From positions 1 to 45,812 of the forward strand of contig CAYMAY010000004.1 of assembly GCA_964388555.1 (NCBI GenBank): a stretch of 45,812 nucleotides of DNA. The letters run 5' to 3'. How positions within the stretch are numbered: position 1 is the first letter of the stretch; every line of letters starts with the position of its first letter. The stretch comes from an uncultured Lachnospiraceae bacterium. Its GTDB lineage: Bacteria; Bacillota; Clostridia; Lachnospirales; Lachnospiraceae. Below, one piece after another: positions 36,354 to 45,812 of the stretch. Both the position numbers and the translations under genes were made by a program. Below the pieces are notes generated by a model, which was not told where the DNA came from, searched no databases, and saw only the letters and a list, made by a program, of their open reading frames with translations.

Positions 36354-37147
36354 GAATTTGCACGATAAGCAGCGGCAGCAGCGGCAATTGCATATACGTG
36401 GGAAGCGACAGCACGCATCTGCTTATAGATGCCGGCATAAGCGGGAAACGAATAGAGCAGGGGCTTAACGAAATAGGGCTCACCGGGAAGGACATCGATG
36501 CCGTTCTTGTTACCCATGAACATGTCGACCATATACATGGGCTGGGCGTTATAGCAAGGAGACTGGGGCTTCCGATCTACACGGCTCAGAAAACATACGA
36601 TAAGATAGAAGCCGACGGCAAGGCGGGCAAAATTCCCGAAGGGCTTTTTAACAGCATAACGGCGGACGAGATTTTCTCTATAGGTGATATAAATATCCAG
36701 TCCTTTTCCACGAGTCACGATGCGGCAGATCCGCTGGGTTTCAGATTCGAAAACGGAGATCATTCATTCGCCATTGCTACCGACCTGGGATGTTACAACG
36801 ATTACACCATCGATAAGCTTAAAGGTCTTGATGCTATTCTTGTAGAATCAAATCACGACGTGCGGATGCTGGAATCGGGTGCCTATCCTTATTTCTTAAA
36901 ACGCAGGATATTAGGCGACAGAGGTCATTTGTCTAATGAGGATGCCGGCAGGCTTTTGGAATGTATATTGCACGATGATCTTAAGAGTATTATATTAGGG
37001 CATCTCAGCAAGGAAAATAATTATCCCGCACTTGCGCTTGAAACGGTTAAAAGCGAGATCGACATGGGAGCGACGCCGTACAAGGCGGGAGATTTCAGGA
37101 TTGAGATTGCAAAGAGGGATGCACCGGGAACACTTATGGAGTGGTAG
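36350..37147 (+). CDS. MBL-fold metallo-hydrolase (YycJ/WalJ-like)
   Basis: 265 aa with the THEHVDH motif; ATGA start/stop overlap with coaE. Confidence 0.8.
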   Translation: MRICTISSGSSGNCIYVGSDSTHLLIDAGISGKRIEQGLNEIGLTGKDIDAVLVTHEHVDHIHGLGVIARRLGLPIYTAQKTYDKIEADGKAGKIPEGLFNSITADEIFSIGDINIQSFSTSHDAADPLGFRFENGDHSFAIATDLGCYNDYTIDKLKGLDAILVESNHDVRMLESGAYPYFLKRRILGDRGHLSNEDAGRLLECILHDDLKSIILGHLSKENNYPALALETVKSEIDMGATPYKAGDFRIEIAKRDAPGTLMEW

Positions 37148-37229
37148 AAAGCAAGAAATATCGCATTACATTGCTATATAATTATGTGATAGTTTCATAG
37201 AGTAAATGAGTATTGTCAGGAGAGAAGTC

Positions 37230-37502
37230 ATGAAAAAAACGATAGTAACGGTTGTTGGCCACGACACGGTTGGAATTATTGCGAAGGTGTGCACGTATCT
37301 TGCGGAGCACAATATAAACATCGAGGATATTTCGCAGACGATCATCAAGGGTTATTTCAACATGATGATGATAGTGGACACGAGCAATTCTGATATTACG
37401 GCGGCGGAGCTTTCGAGAGCGCTTGCCTCCATAGGCGACAAATTGGGTGTTATCGTAAGATGCCAGCACGAGGACATCTTTAATATGATGCACAGAGTCT
37501 GA
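37230..37502 (+). CDS. ACT domain protein (UPF0237 family)
   Basis: ATG 37230 after AGGAGAG gives [20 protein letters not shown]...NIEDISQT. It is paired with a UPF0210 gene, as is typical. Confidence 0.8.
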   Translation: MKKTIVTVVGHDTVGIIAKVCTYLAEHNINIEDISQTIIKGYFNMMMIVDTSNSDITAAELSRALASIGDKLGVIVRCQHEDIFNMMHRV

Positions 37503-37513
37503 GGTGCAATGAT

Positions 37514-38878
37514 ATGATAAATATTTTTGAAGTTTCCGAAACAAACGAGATGATCGCCAGCGAAAATCTCGACGTAAGAACCATAACCCTTGGAATCAGT
37601 CTGCTGGACTGCATAGATTCTGATATAAACGAGCTTAACCGGAAAATCTACGAAAAAATAACGACCACGGCGAAAGATCTCGTATCAACGGGAGAGGATA
37701 TATCCGCGGAATACGGAATACCCATCGTAAACAAGAGAATTTCCGTAACACCTATAGCACTTATCGGATCCGCGGCTTGCAAAACAGAAGAGGATTACGT
37801 TTCCATCGCAAAGACGCTGGATAAGGCAGCACACGAGGTCGGCGTTAATTTCCTCGGCGGATTTTCGGCGCTTGTATCAAAGGGAATGACACACTCCGAT
37901 GAGCTTCTTATAAGAAGCATCCCGAAGACGCTGGCACAGACAGAGAGAGTCTGCGCGTCGGTAAATGTAGGTTCCACGAAGACGGGCATAAACATGGATG
38001 CTGTAAGTCTTATGGGAAAGGTAATAAAAGAGACGGCATACGAGTCGGCGGACGACAGCTGCATGGGTTGTGCCAAACTCGTAGTATTCTGCAACGCGCC
38101 GGATGACAATCCGTTTATGGCAGGTGCATTCCACGGTGTTACCGAGGCGGATGCCATCATAAATGTAGGCGTTTCCGGACCGGGAGTTGTTAAGCACGCC
38201 CTTGAAGGCGTTCGCGGTGAGAACTTCGAAACGCTTTGCGAGACGATAAAGAAAACTGCCTTTAAGGTAACGCGTGTCGGTCAGCTTGTCGCGAAAGAGG
38301 CATCAAAGAGACTGAACATCCCGTTTGGAATAGTCGATCTTTCCCTGGCGCCTACTCCTGCGGTGGGCGATTCGGTTGCTGAGATCCTTGAGGAGATAGG
38401 TCTTGAGTCGGTGGGTGCACCGGGAACAACGGCTGCCCTTGCGTTGCTTAACGACCAGGTCAAAAAAGGCGGTGTTATGGCATCATCATACGTTGGCGGA
38501 TTGAGCGGAGCATTTATTCCTGTCAGCGAAGACCAGGGAATGATAGATGCGGCGAACAGCGGCGCACTTACGTTAGAAAAGTTAGAGGCGATGACCTGCG
38601 TCTGCTCCGTGGGACTGGATATGATTGCTATACCGGGCGATACAACGGAGAGCACACTTGCGGGAATAATAGCCGATGAGATGGCTATCGGAATGATAAA
38701 TCAGAAAACGACGGCGGTGCGCCTTATACCCGTTATTGGAAAAGGCGTGGGTGATACCGTAGAGTTCGGCGGTCTTTTGGGCTACGCGCCGATAATGCCT
38801 GTAAGTAAATATTCCTGCGAAAAAATGGTTAGCAGAGGCGGAAGAATCCCCGCCCCGATCCATAGCTTTAAAAATTAA
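37514..38878 (+). CDS. UPF0210 (DUF711, PFL-like) family protein
   Basis: 454 aa, ...[16 protein letters not shown]...; conserved pairing with the ACT protein. Confidence 0.8.
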   Translation: MINIFEVSETNEMIASENLDVRTITLGISLLDCIDSDINELNRKIYEKITTTAKDLVSTGEDISAEYGIPIVNKRISVTPIALIGSAACKTEEDYVSIAKTLDKAAHEVGVNFLGGFSALVSKGMTHSDELLIRSIPKTLAQTERVCASVNVGSTKTGINMDAVSLMGKVIKETAYESADDSCMGCAKLVVFCNAPDDNPFMAGAFHGVTEADAIINVGVSGPGVVKHALEGVRGENFETLCETIKKTAFKVTRVGQLVAKEASKRLNIPFGIVDLSLAPTPAVGDSVAEILEEIGLESVGAPGTTAALALLNDQVKKGGVMASSYVGGLSGAFIPVSEDQGMIDAANSGALTLEKLEAMTCVCSVGLDMIAIPGDTTESTLAGIIADEMAIGMINQKTTAVRLIPVIGKGVGDTVEFGGLLGYAPIMPVSKYSCEKMVSRGGRIPAPIHSFKN

Positions 38879-40131
38879 TTTTTGATGATCATCTGCTTCC
38901 GGTATTCATGCGTAAAGGGCGCGTTGAATTTATGGGCATAGACGCTTTCGTACAAATTGGAGGCGAAGAGCTCTTTATCGTAGGAACCGTCCTTTAAAGC
39001 GGATGGCTTTGGACACAGCGAAGCCCTTGAATTGGCTTTTGCCGCAGAAAGCAATGCGGAGTTTGATTTGTTTATGCCGAGAAGCCTTATATGATTTGCA
39101 TTTACGGCGCTTTCAAAATCTGCATCAGTCAATCCTAAGATAATATGGATCAGTGCACGGCATATGTGAGAGTATGTCGTGCTTTTATTTTTAAGAAGCA
39201 TGGCAAACTGCGAAAATGTTCTGAAATCATTCTCGTGCTGTTTTATGCGCCGGGCAAGGTCGATACCGACATCGCGAAAATTCGAAAGCGATTCCGCGGA
39301 TTCTCTCATCAGAATATAACGAAGTATAAGAGAAAAGTCATCGATGCATAACGTCTTCTTGAATAAATCCCATATGTCGAAATTTGCGGTGATGGAAGCG
39401 GGAAGGGCGCTGAAGGCATCGCCGAAACGCTTATCGGCAAGAGCCAGCCTTATTGCTGAAGCAGAGCTGTATTTTGAATTTAAAGCCTTGTCGTTATAGC
39501 CGCCGCCAAGCCTCGTAAGAGTTTTCGGAACAATATTACTTTTCAGCTTCTTAAGTGCCAGACAGTATTCAATCCCCAGTATATTATTGGGAGAGCTTAA
39601 GAATGTATTTATGGTTTTTTTATTCAAAACAGCATCAGTATCCAAATCATATTTTTTAATGAACCCCGGGTCATTGCCGAAAACCGACGCAAAGGCCGCA
39701 GCTCTCGCAGCGGGAAAACTCATTCCGCATTTAAGATTGCTGCGAAGAGCATCGGAGTATTCCACGGGTTCGTCAGCAAATATGCCGGAAATCACGTCAA
39801 AAAGACGCATATCGCCGGATTCGCTTCCAAACCAAAGCTCGTCTATTACGCCCAGGTTATCAAGAAGTGAAACAGCGCCATATGCAAAATCTCTTGCGCT
39901 TCCCGTGGAAAAAACGACCGGCAGCTCCGGAACCATATCGGCACCGCATATAACAGCCATTTCGGCACGCCTGAATTTATCCCAGATCGCGCATTCGCCG
40001 CGCTGAACATAGTCGCCGCTCATCACTACGACAACGCTGTCCGCACCGGAAAGTTTTTTGGCTTCATCTATAAAATATTCGTGTCCCTTGTGAAACGGAT
40101 TAAATTCCGCAATTATTCCAATCGTTTTCAT
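38875..40131 (-). CDS. tmcAL: tRNA(Met) cytidine acetate ligase (UPF0348/YlbM nucleotidyltransferase family)
   Basis: 418 aa; the N-terminus [21 protein letters not shown] carries an HxGH-type nucleotidyltransferase motif. Confidence 0.75.
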   Translation of the reverse strand: MKTIGIIAEFNPFHKGHEYFIDEAKKLSGADSVVVVMSGDYVQRGECAIWDKFRRAEMAVICGADMVPELPVVFSTGSARDFAYGAVSLLDNLGVIDELWFGSESGDMRLFDVISGIFADEPVEYSDALRSNLKCGMSFPAARAAAFASVFGNDPGFIKKYDLDTDAVLNKKTINTFLSSPNNILGIEYCLALKKLKSNIVPKTLTRLGGGYNDKALNSKYSSASAIRLALADKRFGDAFSALPASITANFDIWDLFKKTLCIDDFSLILRYILMRESAESLSNFRDVGIDLARRIKQHENDFRTFSQFAMLLKNKSTTYSHICRALIHIILGLTDADFESAVNANHIRLLGINKSNSALLSAAKANSRASLCPKPSALKDGSYDKELFASNLYESVYAHKFNAPFTHEYRKQMIIKN

Positions 40132-40153
40132 AGCAATTTGTTTTAATTTATCA

Positions 40154-40182
40154 TTGTGTAATCCTTTTTTTGATATTATAAT
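40154..40182 (+). promoter_or_regulatory. candidate pta-ackA promoter TTGTGT-17 nt-TATAAT
   Basis: -35 at 40154-40159 and -10 at 40177-40182 with a 17-nt spacer, about 80 nt upstream of pta. Confidence 0.45.
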
Positions 40183-40263
40183 CTAACATGGTTGATATAT
40201 CCAGAATAAGAAAAATATATGTATAGATATGTCTGATGGGATATATCTGAAAGGAGATAAAAA

Positions 40264-41247
40264 ATGCACGGTTTTACTGACATGATCAACAAGCTTAAAG
40301 CAAGCCCCAAGAAGATTGTATTTACGGAGGGCTCAGATCCCCGTATCATCGAGGCTTCATCCCGTCTGCTGGCTGCAAACTTCCTTACACCTATCCTTGT
40401 AGGAAAAGAGGACGAGATATTTAAGGCAGCAGAAGAGGCAGGATACAATATAAAGGGCGCAACGATCATCGACCCCGATAATTTTGACCGTTTCGACGAG
40501 ATGGTTGATATGTTCTGCGAGATAAGAAAGAGCAAGGGAATGACACCGGAAAAGGCTATCCCGATGCTTAAGCAGGGAAACTATTTCGGAACAATGCTTG
40601 TTAAGATGGGCGTTGCCGATGCGCTTTTAGGCGGAGCTACATATTCAACAGCTGATACAGTTCGTCCGGCACTTCAGATCATCAAGACAAAACCGGAGAA
40701 CTCCATCGTATCCTCATGCTTCATTCTTGTACGTGAGGCTGCTACAGGCGAAAGCGAAGTTCTGGCAATGGGCGATTGCGCTATAAACATCAAGCCCAAC
40801 GAGGATGAGCTTGTTGAGGTTGCTTATGAGACAGCTGAGTGCGCTAAAGTATTCGGCGTAGATCCCAAGGTTGCTTTCCTCAGCTATTCAACACTTGGAT
40901 CCGGCAAGGGCGAAGATGTTGATAAGATGAGAAATGCTACGGCAAAGACAAAAGAAAAACATCCGGAGATGGAGATCGAGGGAGAGCTTCAGTTCGACGC
41001 AGCCGTTTCACCGAGAGTTGCAAAGACAAAATGCCCGAATTCTACGGTAGCAGGTCATGCAAACACATTTATCTTCCCGGATATCAACGCAGGAAACATC
41101 GGCTACAAGATCGCACAGAGACTTGGCGGATTCGATGCATACGGACCTATCCTTCTCGGACTTAACGCACCCATCAACGACCTTTCAAGAGGATGCAACG
41201 CTCTTGAGGTATATTCAATGGCCATCATCACAGCATCACTTGCCTGA
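40264..41247 (+). CDS. pta: phosphate acetyltransferase
   Basis: 327 aa; short-form Pta blocks ([42 protein letters not shown]). Confidence 0.94.
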   Translation: MHGFTDMINKLKASPKKIVFTEGSDPRIIEASSRLLAANFLTPILVGKEDEIFKAAEEAGYNIKGATIIDPDNFDRFDEMVDMFCEIRKSKGMTPEKAIPMLKQGNYFGTMLVKMGVADALLGGATYSTADTVRPALQIIKTKPENSIVSSCFILVREAATGESEVLAMGDCAINIKPNEDELVEVAYETAECAKVFGVDPKVAFLSYSTLGSGKGEDVDKMRNATAKTKEKHPEMEIEGELQFDAAVSPRVAKTKCPNSTVAGHANTFIFPDINAGNIGYKIAQRLGGFDAYGPILLGLNAPINDLSRGCNALEVYSMAIITASLA

Positions 41248-41264
41248 AAGGAGAACATCATACA

Positions 41265-42455
41265 ATGAAAGTATTGGTAATAAACTGCGGAAGCTCTTCG
41301 CTTAAATATCAGCTTATAGATTCAGAGAGCGAGAGCGTACTCGCAAAGGGACTCTGCGAGAGAATAGGAATAGACGGAAGACTCGTTTATCAGAAGGCAG
41401 GTCTCGATAAAGAGATAAACGATTACGCTATGCCGACACATAAAGAAGCTATCGGATTCGTTCTTGATGCTCTTACAAACGCAAAGACAGGCGCTATTGC
41501 AGATCTTAAAGAAATCGGAGCCGTAGGACACAGAATCGTCCATGGCGGAGAGAAATTCGCTAAGTCCATCGTTATAAACGACGAAGTTATAAAGGCTATC
41601 GAAGAGGTTTCTGACCTTGCACCGCTTCACAATCCGGCTAACCTTATCGGTATTCGCGTATGTATGGAGCTTATGCCGGGCGTGCCGATGGTAGGCGTAT
41701 TTGATACAGCATTCCATCAGACAATGCCGGAGAAGGCATATCTCTATGGACTTCCCATGGAGTATTACGAGAACTACAAGGTAAGACGTTACGGCTTCCA
41801 CGGAACATCACACAGCTTCGTATCAAAGCAGACGGCTGCGTTCCTCGGACTCGACATAAATAATTCAAAGATCATTGTTTGCCACCTCGGAAACGGTGCT
41901 TCCATAAGCGCTGTATTAAACGGCAAGTGCGTTGACACCAGCATGGGTCTTACACCGCTTGATGGTCTTGTAATGGGAACACGTTCGGGAAGCATCGATC
42001 CCGCCATCGTAGAGTTTATTGCAAACAAAGAGAACCTTTCTCTTTCAGAGGTTATAAACGTACTCAACAAGAAGTCAGGTGTGTTCGGTCTTTCAAAGGG
42101 ACTTTCCAGCGACTTCAGAGACCTTGGCGAAGCTGCCGCAAAGGGCAACAAATACGCTCAGGCTGCACTTGATGTATTCTGCTACAGAGTAATAAAGACA
42201 GTTGGTTCATACGTTGCAGCAATGAACGGAGTAGACGCTATCGCATTCACAGCCGGAATCGGTGAGAATGATGCCAGCGTAAGAGCTACTGTTGTAAACA
42301 GCCTTGAATATCTCGGAATCAAGCTTTGCGAGAAGCGCAACGAGCAGAGAGGCGGAGACAGACTCATCTCCACAGACGACTCCAAGGTAGCGGTTTGTGT
42401 AATACCTACAGACGAAGAACTTGCAATCTGCAGAGATACTGTTGCATTGATCTGA
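41265..42455 (+). CDS. ackA: acetate kinase
   Basis: 396 aa with [24 protein letters not shown] and GFHGTSH. Confidence 0.96.
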   Translation: MKVLVINCGSSSLKYQLIDSESESVLAKGLCERIGIDGRLVYQKAGLDKEINDYAMPTHKEAIGFVLDALTNAKTGAIADLKEIGAVGHRIVHGGEKFAKSIVINDEVIKAIEEVSDLAPLHNPANLIGIRVCMELMPGVPMVGVFDTAFHQTMPEKAYLYGLPMEYYENYKVRRYGFHGTSHSFVSKQTAAFLGLDINNSKIIVCHLGNGASISAVLNGKCVDTSMGLTPLDGLVMGTRSGSIDPAIVEFIANKENLSLSEVINVLNKKSGVFGLSKGLSSDFRDLGEAAAKGNKYAQAALDVFCYRVIKTVGSYVAAMNGVDAIAFTAGIGENDASVRATVVNSLEYLGIKLCEKRNEQRGGDRLISTDDSKVAVCVIPTDEELAICRDTVALI

Positions 42456-42485
42456 TCTAAGAAAAAATTTAAAGAAAGATAAAAA

Positions 42486-42519
42486 GAAATCCGGCAGCTC
42501 AAATCGACTGCCGGATTTC
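42486..42519. terminator. bidirectional terminator between ackA and prs
   Basis: 12-bp stem GAAATCCGGCAG/CTGCCGGATTTC with a 10-nt loop. The A-rich 5' flank gives a T-run on the minus strand. Confidence 0.75.
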
Positions 42520-42563
42520 GTGAATTTGTAGATTAAATAATTAAAGTTGAGATTACACAGGAA

Positions 42564-43733
42564 TCACTTCATCCCGAATTCTGCCATAAGCTCGTTTATC
42601 TTGGCTGTGTTATCGATTATCGGATCAAGAGATACATCGTGGTTTACGGCATATATGATATTCGCAAGGTATACCGAAAGCTCAGCCGAGGCAAACCATG
42701 GCTTGCTTGCCAGCTCGGGCATCTGATACGTGAGATCTGTTGTGATCATCAGGTCGAACATACCTTTTTCATAATATTCGTCAAAGCTGTCAAGACCCTC
42801 GGTGAAAAGTCCGAATGTTGCGCAGATGAATACACGTCTTGCTCCGCGTTCTTTTACCTTTTCCGCTACGTGAAGCATGCTTTCGCCGCTGGCGATCATG
42901 TCATCTACGATTATGGCGTCTTTGCCCTCAAGGGATGCACCTAAGAATTCGTGAGCAACTATGGGGTTCTTGCCGTTTACGATGGTTGAATAATCGCGGC
43001 GCTTGTAGAACATTCCCAGATCTACACCCATTACGTTGGCAAAATATTTTGCTCTGGACATTGCGCCTTCATCGGGACTTATTACCATAAGGTGGTCCGG
43101 ATCCGGTTTGATATCCTTTACATTCTCGAAGAGAGCCTGTAAAAACTGATATGTGGGATAGAAGTTCTCAAAACCGCGCAGCGGAACGGAATTGACTATT
43201 CTCGGATCGTGAGCATCAAATGTGATTATATTTGATACACCCATGTCTGCCAGCTCCTGAAGAGCAAGAGCGCAGTCAAGGGATTCCCTGCCGCTTCTTT
43301 TGTGCTGTCTGCCCTCGTAGAGGAACGGCATTATTACGTTTATACGATGAGCCTTTCCGGCACATACCGAAATTATTCTCTTGAGATTCTGAAAGTGATC
43401 GTCGGGAGAATAGTAGTTCTCCATTCCTCTCATTTTATACGTTACGCTGTGGTTGCACACATCCGATATGAGGTAAAGATCAACACCTCTGACGGATTGC
43501 TTGACAAAACCTTTTGCCTCGCCGCTTCCGAATCGCGGACAGTCACATTCTACTATGAATGAATCCGTGTAATTGAAGTGCGCAGCGCTGTCTGCTTTCA
43601 TTTTAAACAGGCGACTCTGAAGAGTTTTAAGGCAGTCGTTGATTTCTGCTGCCTGAGCCTCGCATCCGGGGAGCGGGCATATTTTTAAAGGTGCGACCGG
43701 AATCGCATTTACCATTGTACTGAGAATAGACAT
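42564..43733 (-). CDS. prs: ribose-phosphate diphosphokinase (long form, about 389 aa)
   Basis: PRPP-binding loop DAIIVDDMIASGES and Prs N-domain blocks. ATG 43733 lies 5 nt after TGGAGG; the ORF track opens at TTG 43745. Confidence 0.85.
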   Translation of the reverse strand: MSILSTMVNAIPVAPLKICPLPGCEAQAAEINDCLKTLQSRLFKMKADSAAHFNYTDSFIVECDCPRFGSGEAKGFVKQSVRGVDLYLISDVCNHSVTYKMRGMENYYSPDDHFQNLKRIISVCAGKAHRINVIMPFLYEGRQHKRSGRESLDCALALQELADMGVSNIITFDAHDPRIVNSVPLRGFENFYPTYQFLQALFENVKDIKPDPDHLMVISPDEGAMSRAKYFANVMGVDLGMFYKRRDYSTIVNGKNPIVAHEFLGASLEGKDAIIVDDMIASGESMLHVAEKVKERGARRVFICATFGLFTEGLDSFDEYYEKGMFDLMITTDLTYQMPELASKPWFASAELSVYLANIIYAVNHDVSLDPIIDNTAKINELMAEFGMK

Positions 43734-43774
43734 AAATGCCTCCAAAATTTTTTCGTCTGACGACGTCCTCTAAA

Positions 43775-43804
43775 TTTATATCACGCAGACATAAGCAATG
43801 TCAA
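43775..43804 (-). promoter_or_regulatory. prs promoter TTGACA-18 nt-TGaTATAAA (extended -10)
   Basis: On the minus strand, TTGACA is at 43804-43799 and TATAAA at 43780-43775, preceded by TGa. Confidence 0.6.
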
Positions 43805-43839
43805 TAATTCAAAGCCCTGAGATAAACATATGATATCTG

Positions 43840-44470
43840 TTAATCAGCATTTGAACCGTCAATAACCTCGCTGATCGTCTGCATCAGCACGTTTACATCT
43901 ATGGGTTTGGCGATATGACCATTCATTCCCGCATCATACGCGTTTTTCTTATCCTCTTCGAACGCATTGGCTGTCATGGCGATGATGGGTATGTTAGCCT
44001 TGTCGGTATCTTCTATTATAAAATCATAGTACGCATATCCTGCGCGCTCCGATTTACGCTCCCGCAGGGTGAATGTTATTGTGCCGCCTTCAGGTGTAAA
44101 CTTGACGGCATTTGCCAGGATGTTCATGAGAGCACGGTTTACATGGAGCGAATCCGCATATACATATATGTTTTCAAGATCAATCGTCTTGTCTATATAG
44201 GTGAGCCCTTTAGCCTCAACATCCGAATGAACAACATTCTTTACAAGCTGCAGCTGTTCGGGTATGCACACCGGAGCGGTTTGCCACTTCCGCCTTATCA
44301 ATGGCCTGTCCGCTTTCGCGGATGTCATATACAAAATCATAGTCTTCATCGGATATAACATCTTTAAGGAGACTTCTGTCGTTTGATGCGATTATGTCGG
44401 CACCGTCGGTGATTACGAATGTGCCGGTCTGATCCGGATCAAAACCGTCCAGAAGATCCCTTCGGTTGAA
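43840..44470 (-). pseudogene. decayed remnant of a Cache-sensor hybrid histidine kinase
   Basis: Frame A (44470-44219) reads like a Cache fragment ([20 protein letters not shown]). A +1-shifted frame carries an HATPase N-box region ([14 protein letters not shown]). That region is joined at about 44002/44003 straight to a REC C-terminus ([19 protein letters not shown]...GMNGHIAKP). The H-box, the G-boxes and the receiver Asp are all missing. Confidence 0.65.
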
Positions 44471-44472
44471 TA

Positions 44473-44787
44473 TTACATCATTGCGTTTTCGTGATCTTGT
44501 AATTCATGAAATACATCATCAACAAATACAGTATTATTTTCTATTCTGTATAATATGAAATATCTATGTTTAAGAAAATTTATCCGTCGATATCCAAGCT
44601 TTCTTAATTTGGGATTATCACATAATTTTAAACTTCCTGCCGCGCTTTTTAGTTTCCCTATTGTTTCTTCAAAATCATCAAGAAGATTTCCTGCCGCCTG
44701 TTCGCTATTCTTTTCGAACAGCAGATATTGTATGTATCGATTTAAAGATTCTTCTGCCTCGGATGTCACGAATACTTTATAATCCAT
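44473..44787 (-). CDS. type II toxin, RelE/ParE superfamily
   Basis: 104 aa. It overlaps the upstream antitoxin by 11 nt. The pattern ...YRRINFLKHRYFILYRIENNTVFVDDVFHE is typical of ParE/RelE toxins. Confidence 0.8.
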   Translation of the reverse strand: MDYKVFVTSEAEESLNRYIQYLLFEKNSEQAAGNLLDDFEETIGKLKSAAGSLKLCDNPKLRKLGYRRINFLKHRYFILYRIENNTVFVDDVFHELQDHENAMM

Positions 44788-45070
44788 ACTTTCCCCTCAT
44801 GTCTGAAATTACTGATTCAGCGTCTCGATAGTTTCCGCTTTTTGCAGATTCTCTGGACTGTTCCAGACTTTGAAGAAAATCCTCTTCCGTCATGGACACA
44901 TATGGATTTGAAATTGTTTTTTTTATTTCGAACGGAAATCCATTATATGCGACGGCCTGCGTTAAAAACATTCTTATTGCGGAAGTTGTATCTGTTCCAA
45001 GATCCTTAAAAAGTCTGTCAGATTTATTTTTTAAGTCATCGTCTACTCTTATTTGAATTGTACTTGCCAT
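44777..45070 (-). CDS. type II antitoxin, RelB/DinJ family
   Basis: 97 aa; N-terminal ribbon-helix-helix IQIRVDDDLKNKSDRLFKDLGTDTTSAIRMFLTQ; GGAGG SD. Confidence 0.8.
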   Translation of the reverse strand: MASTIQIRVDDDLKNKSDRLFKDLGTDTTSAIRMFLTQAVAYNGFPFEIKKTISNPYVSMTEEDFLQSLEQSRESAKSGNYRDAESVISDMRGKYGL

Positions 45071-45094
45071 ATCCGATACCTCCGTTGTCTCTTA

Positions 45095-45123
45095 ATTATA
45101 ATACTGTAATGGTGCTTATTCAA
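45095..45123 (-). promoter_or_regulatory. toxin-antitoxin promoter TTGAAT-17 nt-TATAAT
   Basis: On the minus strand, -35 is at 45123-45118 and -10 at 45100-45095 with a 17-nt spacer, about 25 nt upstream of the antitoxin ATG. Confidence 0.6.
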
Positions 45124-45375
45124 TATGTTTGCAATGATGTAGCAAGTGGGAAATGAGGAAAAGAGGAAAATGAGGATGAATTGAAATCCGAGAAAATGAG
45201 AATAGCGTAACAACATAACAGCTAACAGATAGACATTTGGTGTTGGACTGTGTAAGAACATGATTCAGGAGCAGTAATGATGAAAAATATATATAGACGT
45301 CTATTATGGCAAATGATAGAATGGTCATGCGAAAAAGTGAAGAATACTTCACGTTGTTTAATCAGGAGGAAAAAT

Positions 45376-45759
45376 ATGAAAAAGAAAGTAACAAAAAGTC
45401 TTGTGGCACTGATGCTTGCTGTAGTTTGTGTATTTGCGCTGGCTGCCTGCGGCGGCAGCGGTTCTTCGGCGGCAGGAGAGTACAAACTTACAAAGTTTAA
45501 ACAGAACGATACGGAGATGGATATAGCCACTCTGCTCGGTGTACTTGGCGTTTCCGGCGATGTGGTATGCAATCTTGAAGAGGATGGAAACTTTAGTTTG
45601 GATATGACTCTTCTCGGAGAAGAAAGCATTTCAGGTACATGGAAGGCAGACGGATCCAACGTCGAACTTACGGCAGAAGGAGAGACAGTTACAGGCACAC
45701 TTTCAGGAAATGCTCTTACACTTTCTGAGGATGATATGACGTTGACATTTGAAAAATAA
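45376..45759 (+). CDS. small lipoprotein of unknown function (lipocalin-like repeat pattern)
   Basis: ATG 45376 after AGGAGG gives MKKKVTKSLVALMLAVVCVFALAAC with lipobox LAAC. The upstream part of the ORF track (from 45277) is not needed. Confidence 0.75.
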   Translation: MKKKVTKSLVALMLAVVCVFALAACGGSGSSAAGEYKLTKFKQNDTEMDIATLLGVLGVSGDVVCNLEEDGNFSLDMTLLGEESISGTWKADGSNVELTAEGETVTGTLSGNALTLSEDDMTLTFEK

Positions 45760-45812
45760 AGTTCAATCAATAAAGTGATCGAAGACTACAGTTCTCATAT
45801 GTGATGTTCCCT

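Noticed and set aside
43840-44361. 173-aa ORF as an intact small response regulator or kinase
   Set aside because: It lacks the H-box, the ATP-lid G-boxes and the receiver phospho-Asp. It is an N-box fragment spliced to a REC C-terminus, so I annotated it as a pseudogene remnant.
45148-45201. Three purine-rich direct repeats (GGAAATGAGG, GGAAAATGAGG, AGAAAATGAGA) upstream of the toxin-antitoxin promoter
   Set aside because: They are short, degenerate and lie in low-complexity AT/purine-rich DNA. This could easily be chance, and there is no associated replication or recombinase gene that would suggest iterons.
45222-45770. 182-aa minus-strand ORF at the window end
   Set aside because: It is antisense to the lipoprotein gene (45376-45759), which has a proper SD, a signal peptide and a lipobox. 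The minus-strand translation is Ser/Pro-rich and featureless.

Overview
This is a chromosomal segment from a Firmicutes/Clostridia-type genome. Gene content and strong AGGAGG Shine-Dalgarno (SD) sites look Lachnospiraceae-like, but the taxon is an inference and no search was run. Most of the window is housekeeping.

Gene layout:
- 4-1107: a mannose-6-phosphate isomerase-like cupin.
- 1.2-14.0 kb: a promoter, a long leader and an S10/spc ribosomal-protein superoperon (rpsJ through rplO, then secY, adk, map, infA). It ends abruptly at infA; there is no rpmJ-rpsM-rpsK-rpsD-rpoA-rplQ.
- 14.0-14.3 kb: a hairpin- and repeat-rich spacer, followed by an isolated ftsZ.
- 15.6-19.0 kb: tightly packed argS, CPBP protease, LOG-family protein and an orphan acyl carrier protein (ACP).
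- 19.0-27.2 kb, minus strand: nadE, a 392-aa ORFan, a 970-aa sensor-MFS fusion, a PP2C phosphatase and an RsbW-like kinase.
- 27.3-30.6 kb, plus strand: a soluble hybrid histidine kinase, transcribed divergently from nadE and followed by a GC-rich structured element of about 150 nt.
- 31.0-43.7 kb: rpsF-rpsR (no ssb), a SEDS protein, polA, coaE, an MBL hydrolase, the ACT/UPF0210 pair, tmcAL, pta-ackA and prs.
- 43.8-45.8 kb: a decayed histidine-kinase remnant, a RelB/ParE-type toxin-antitoxin pair and a small lipoprotein.

The most unusual part is the minus-strand cluster at 19.0-27.2 kb, which sits at the centre of the window. Its five genes are packed tightly enough to suggest translational coupling. 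The 970-aa product fuses two apparently extracytoplasmic sensor domains to a 12-TM MFS core. The phosphatase/kinase pair has no STAS partner and no sigma factor anywhere in the window. I regard this as the best candidate for an undescribed signalling/transport system.

No rRNA, tRNA, CRISPR array, transposase or integrase was recognised. All protein-family calls come from reading motifs in the translated ORFs, not from database searches.
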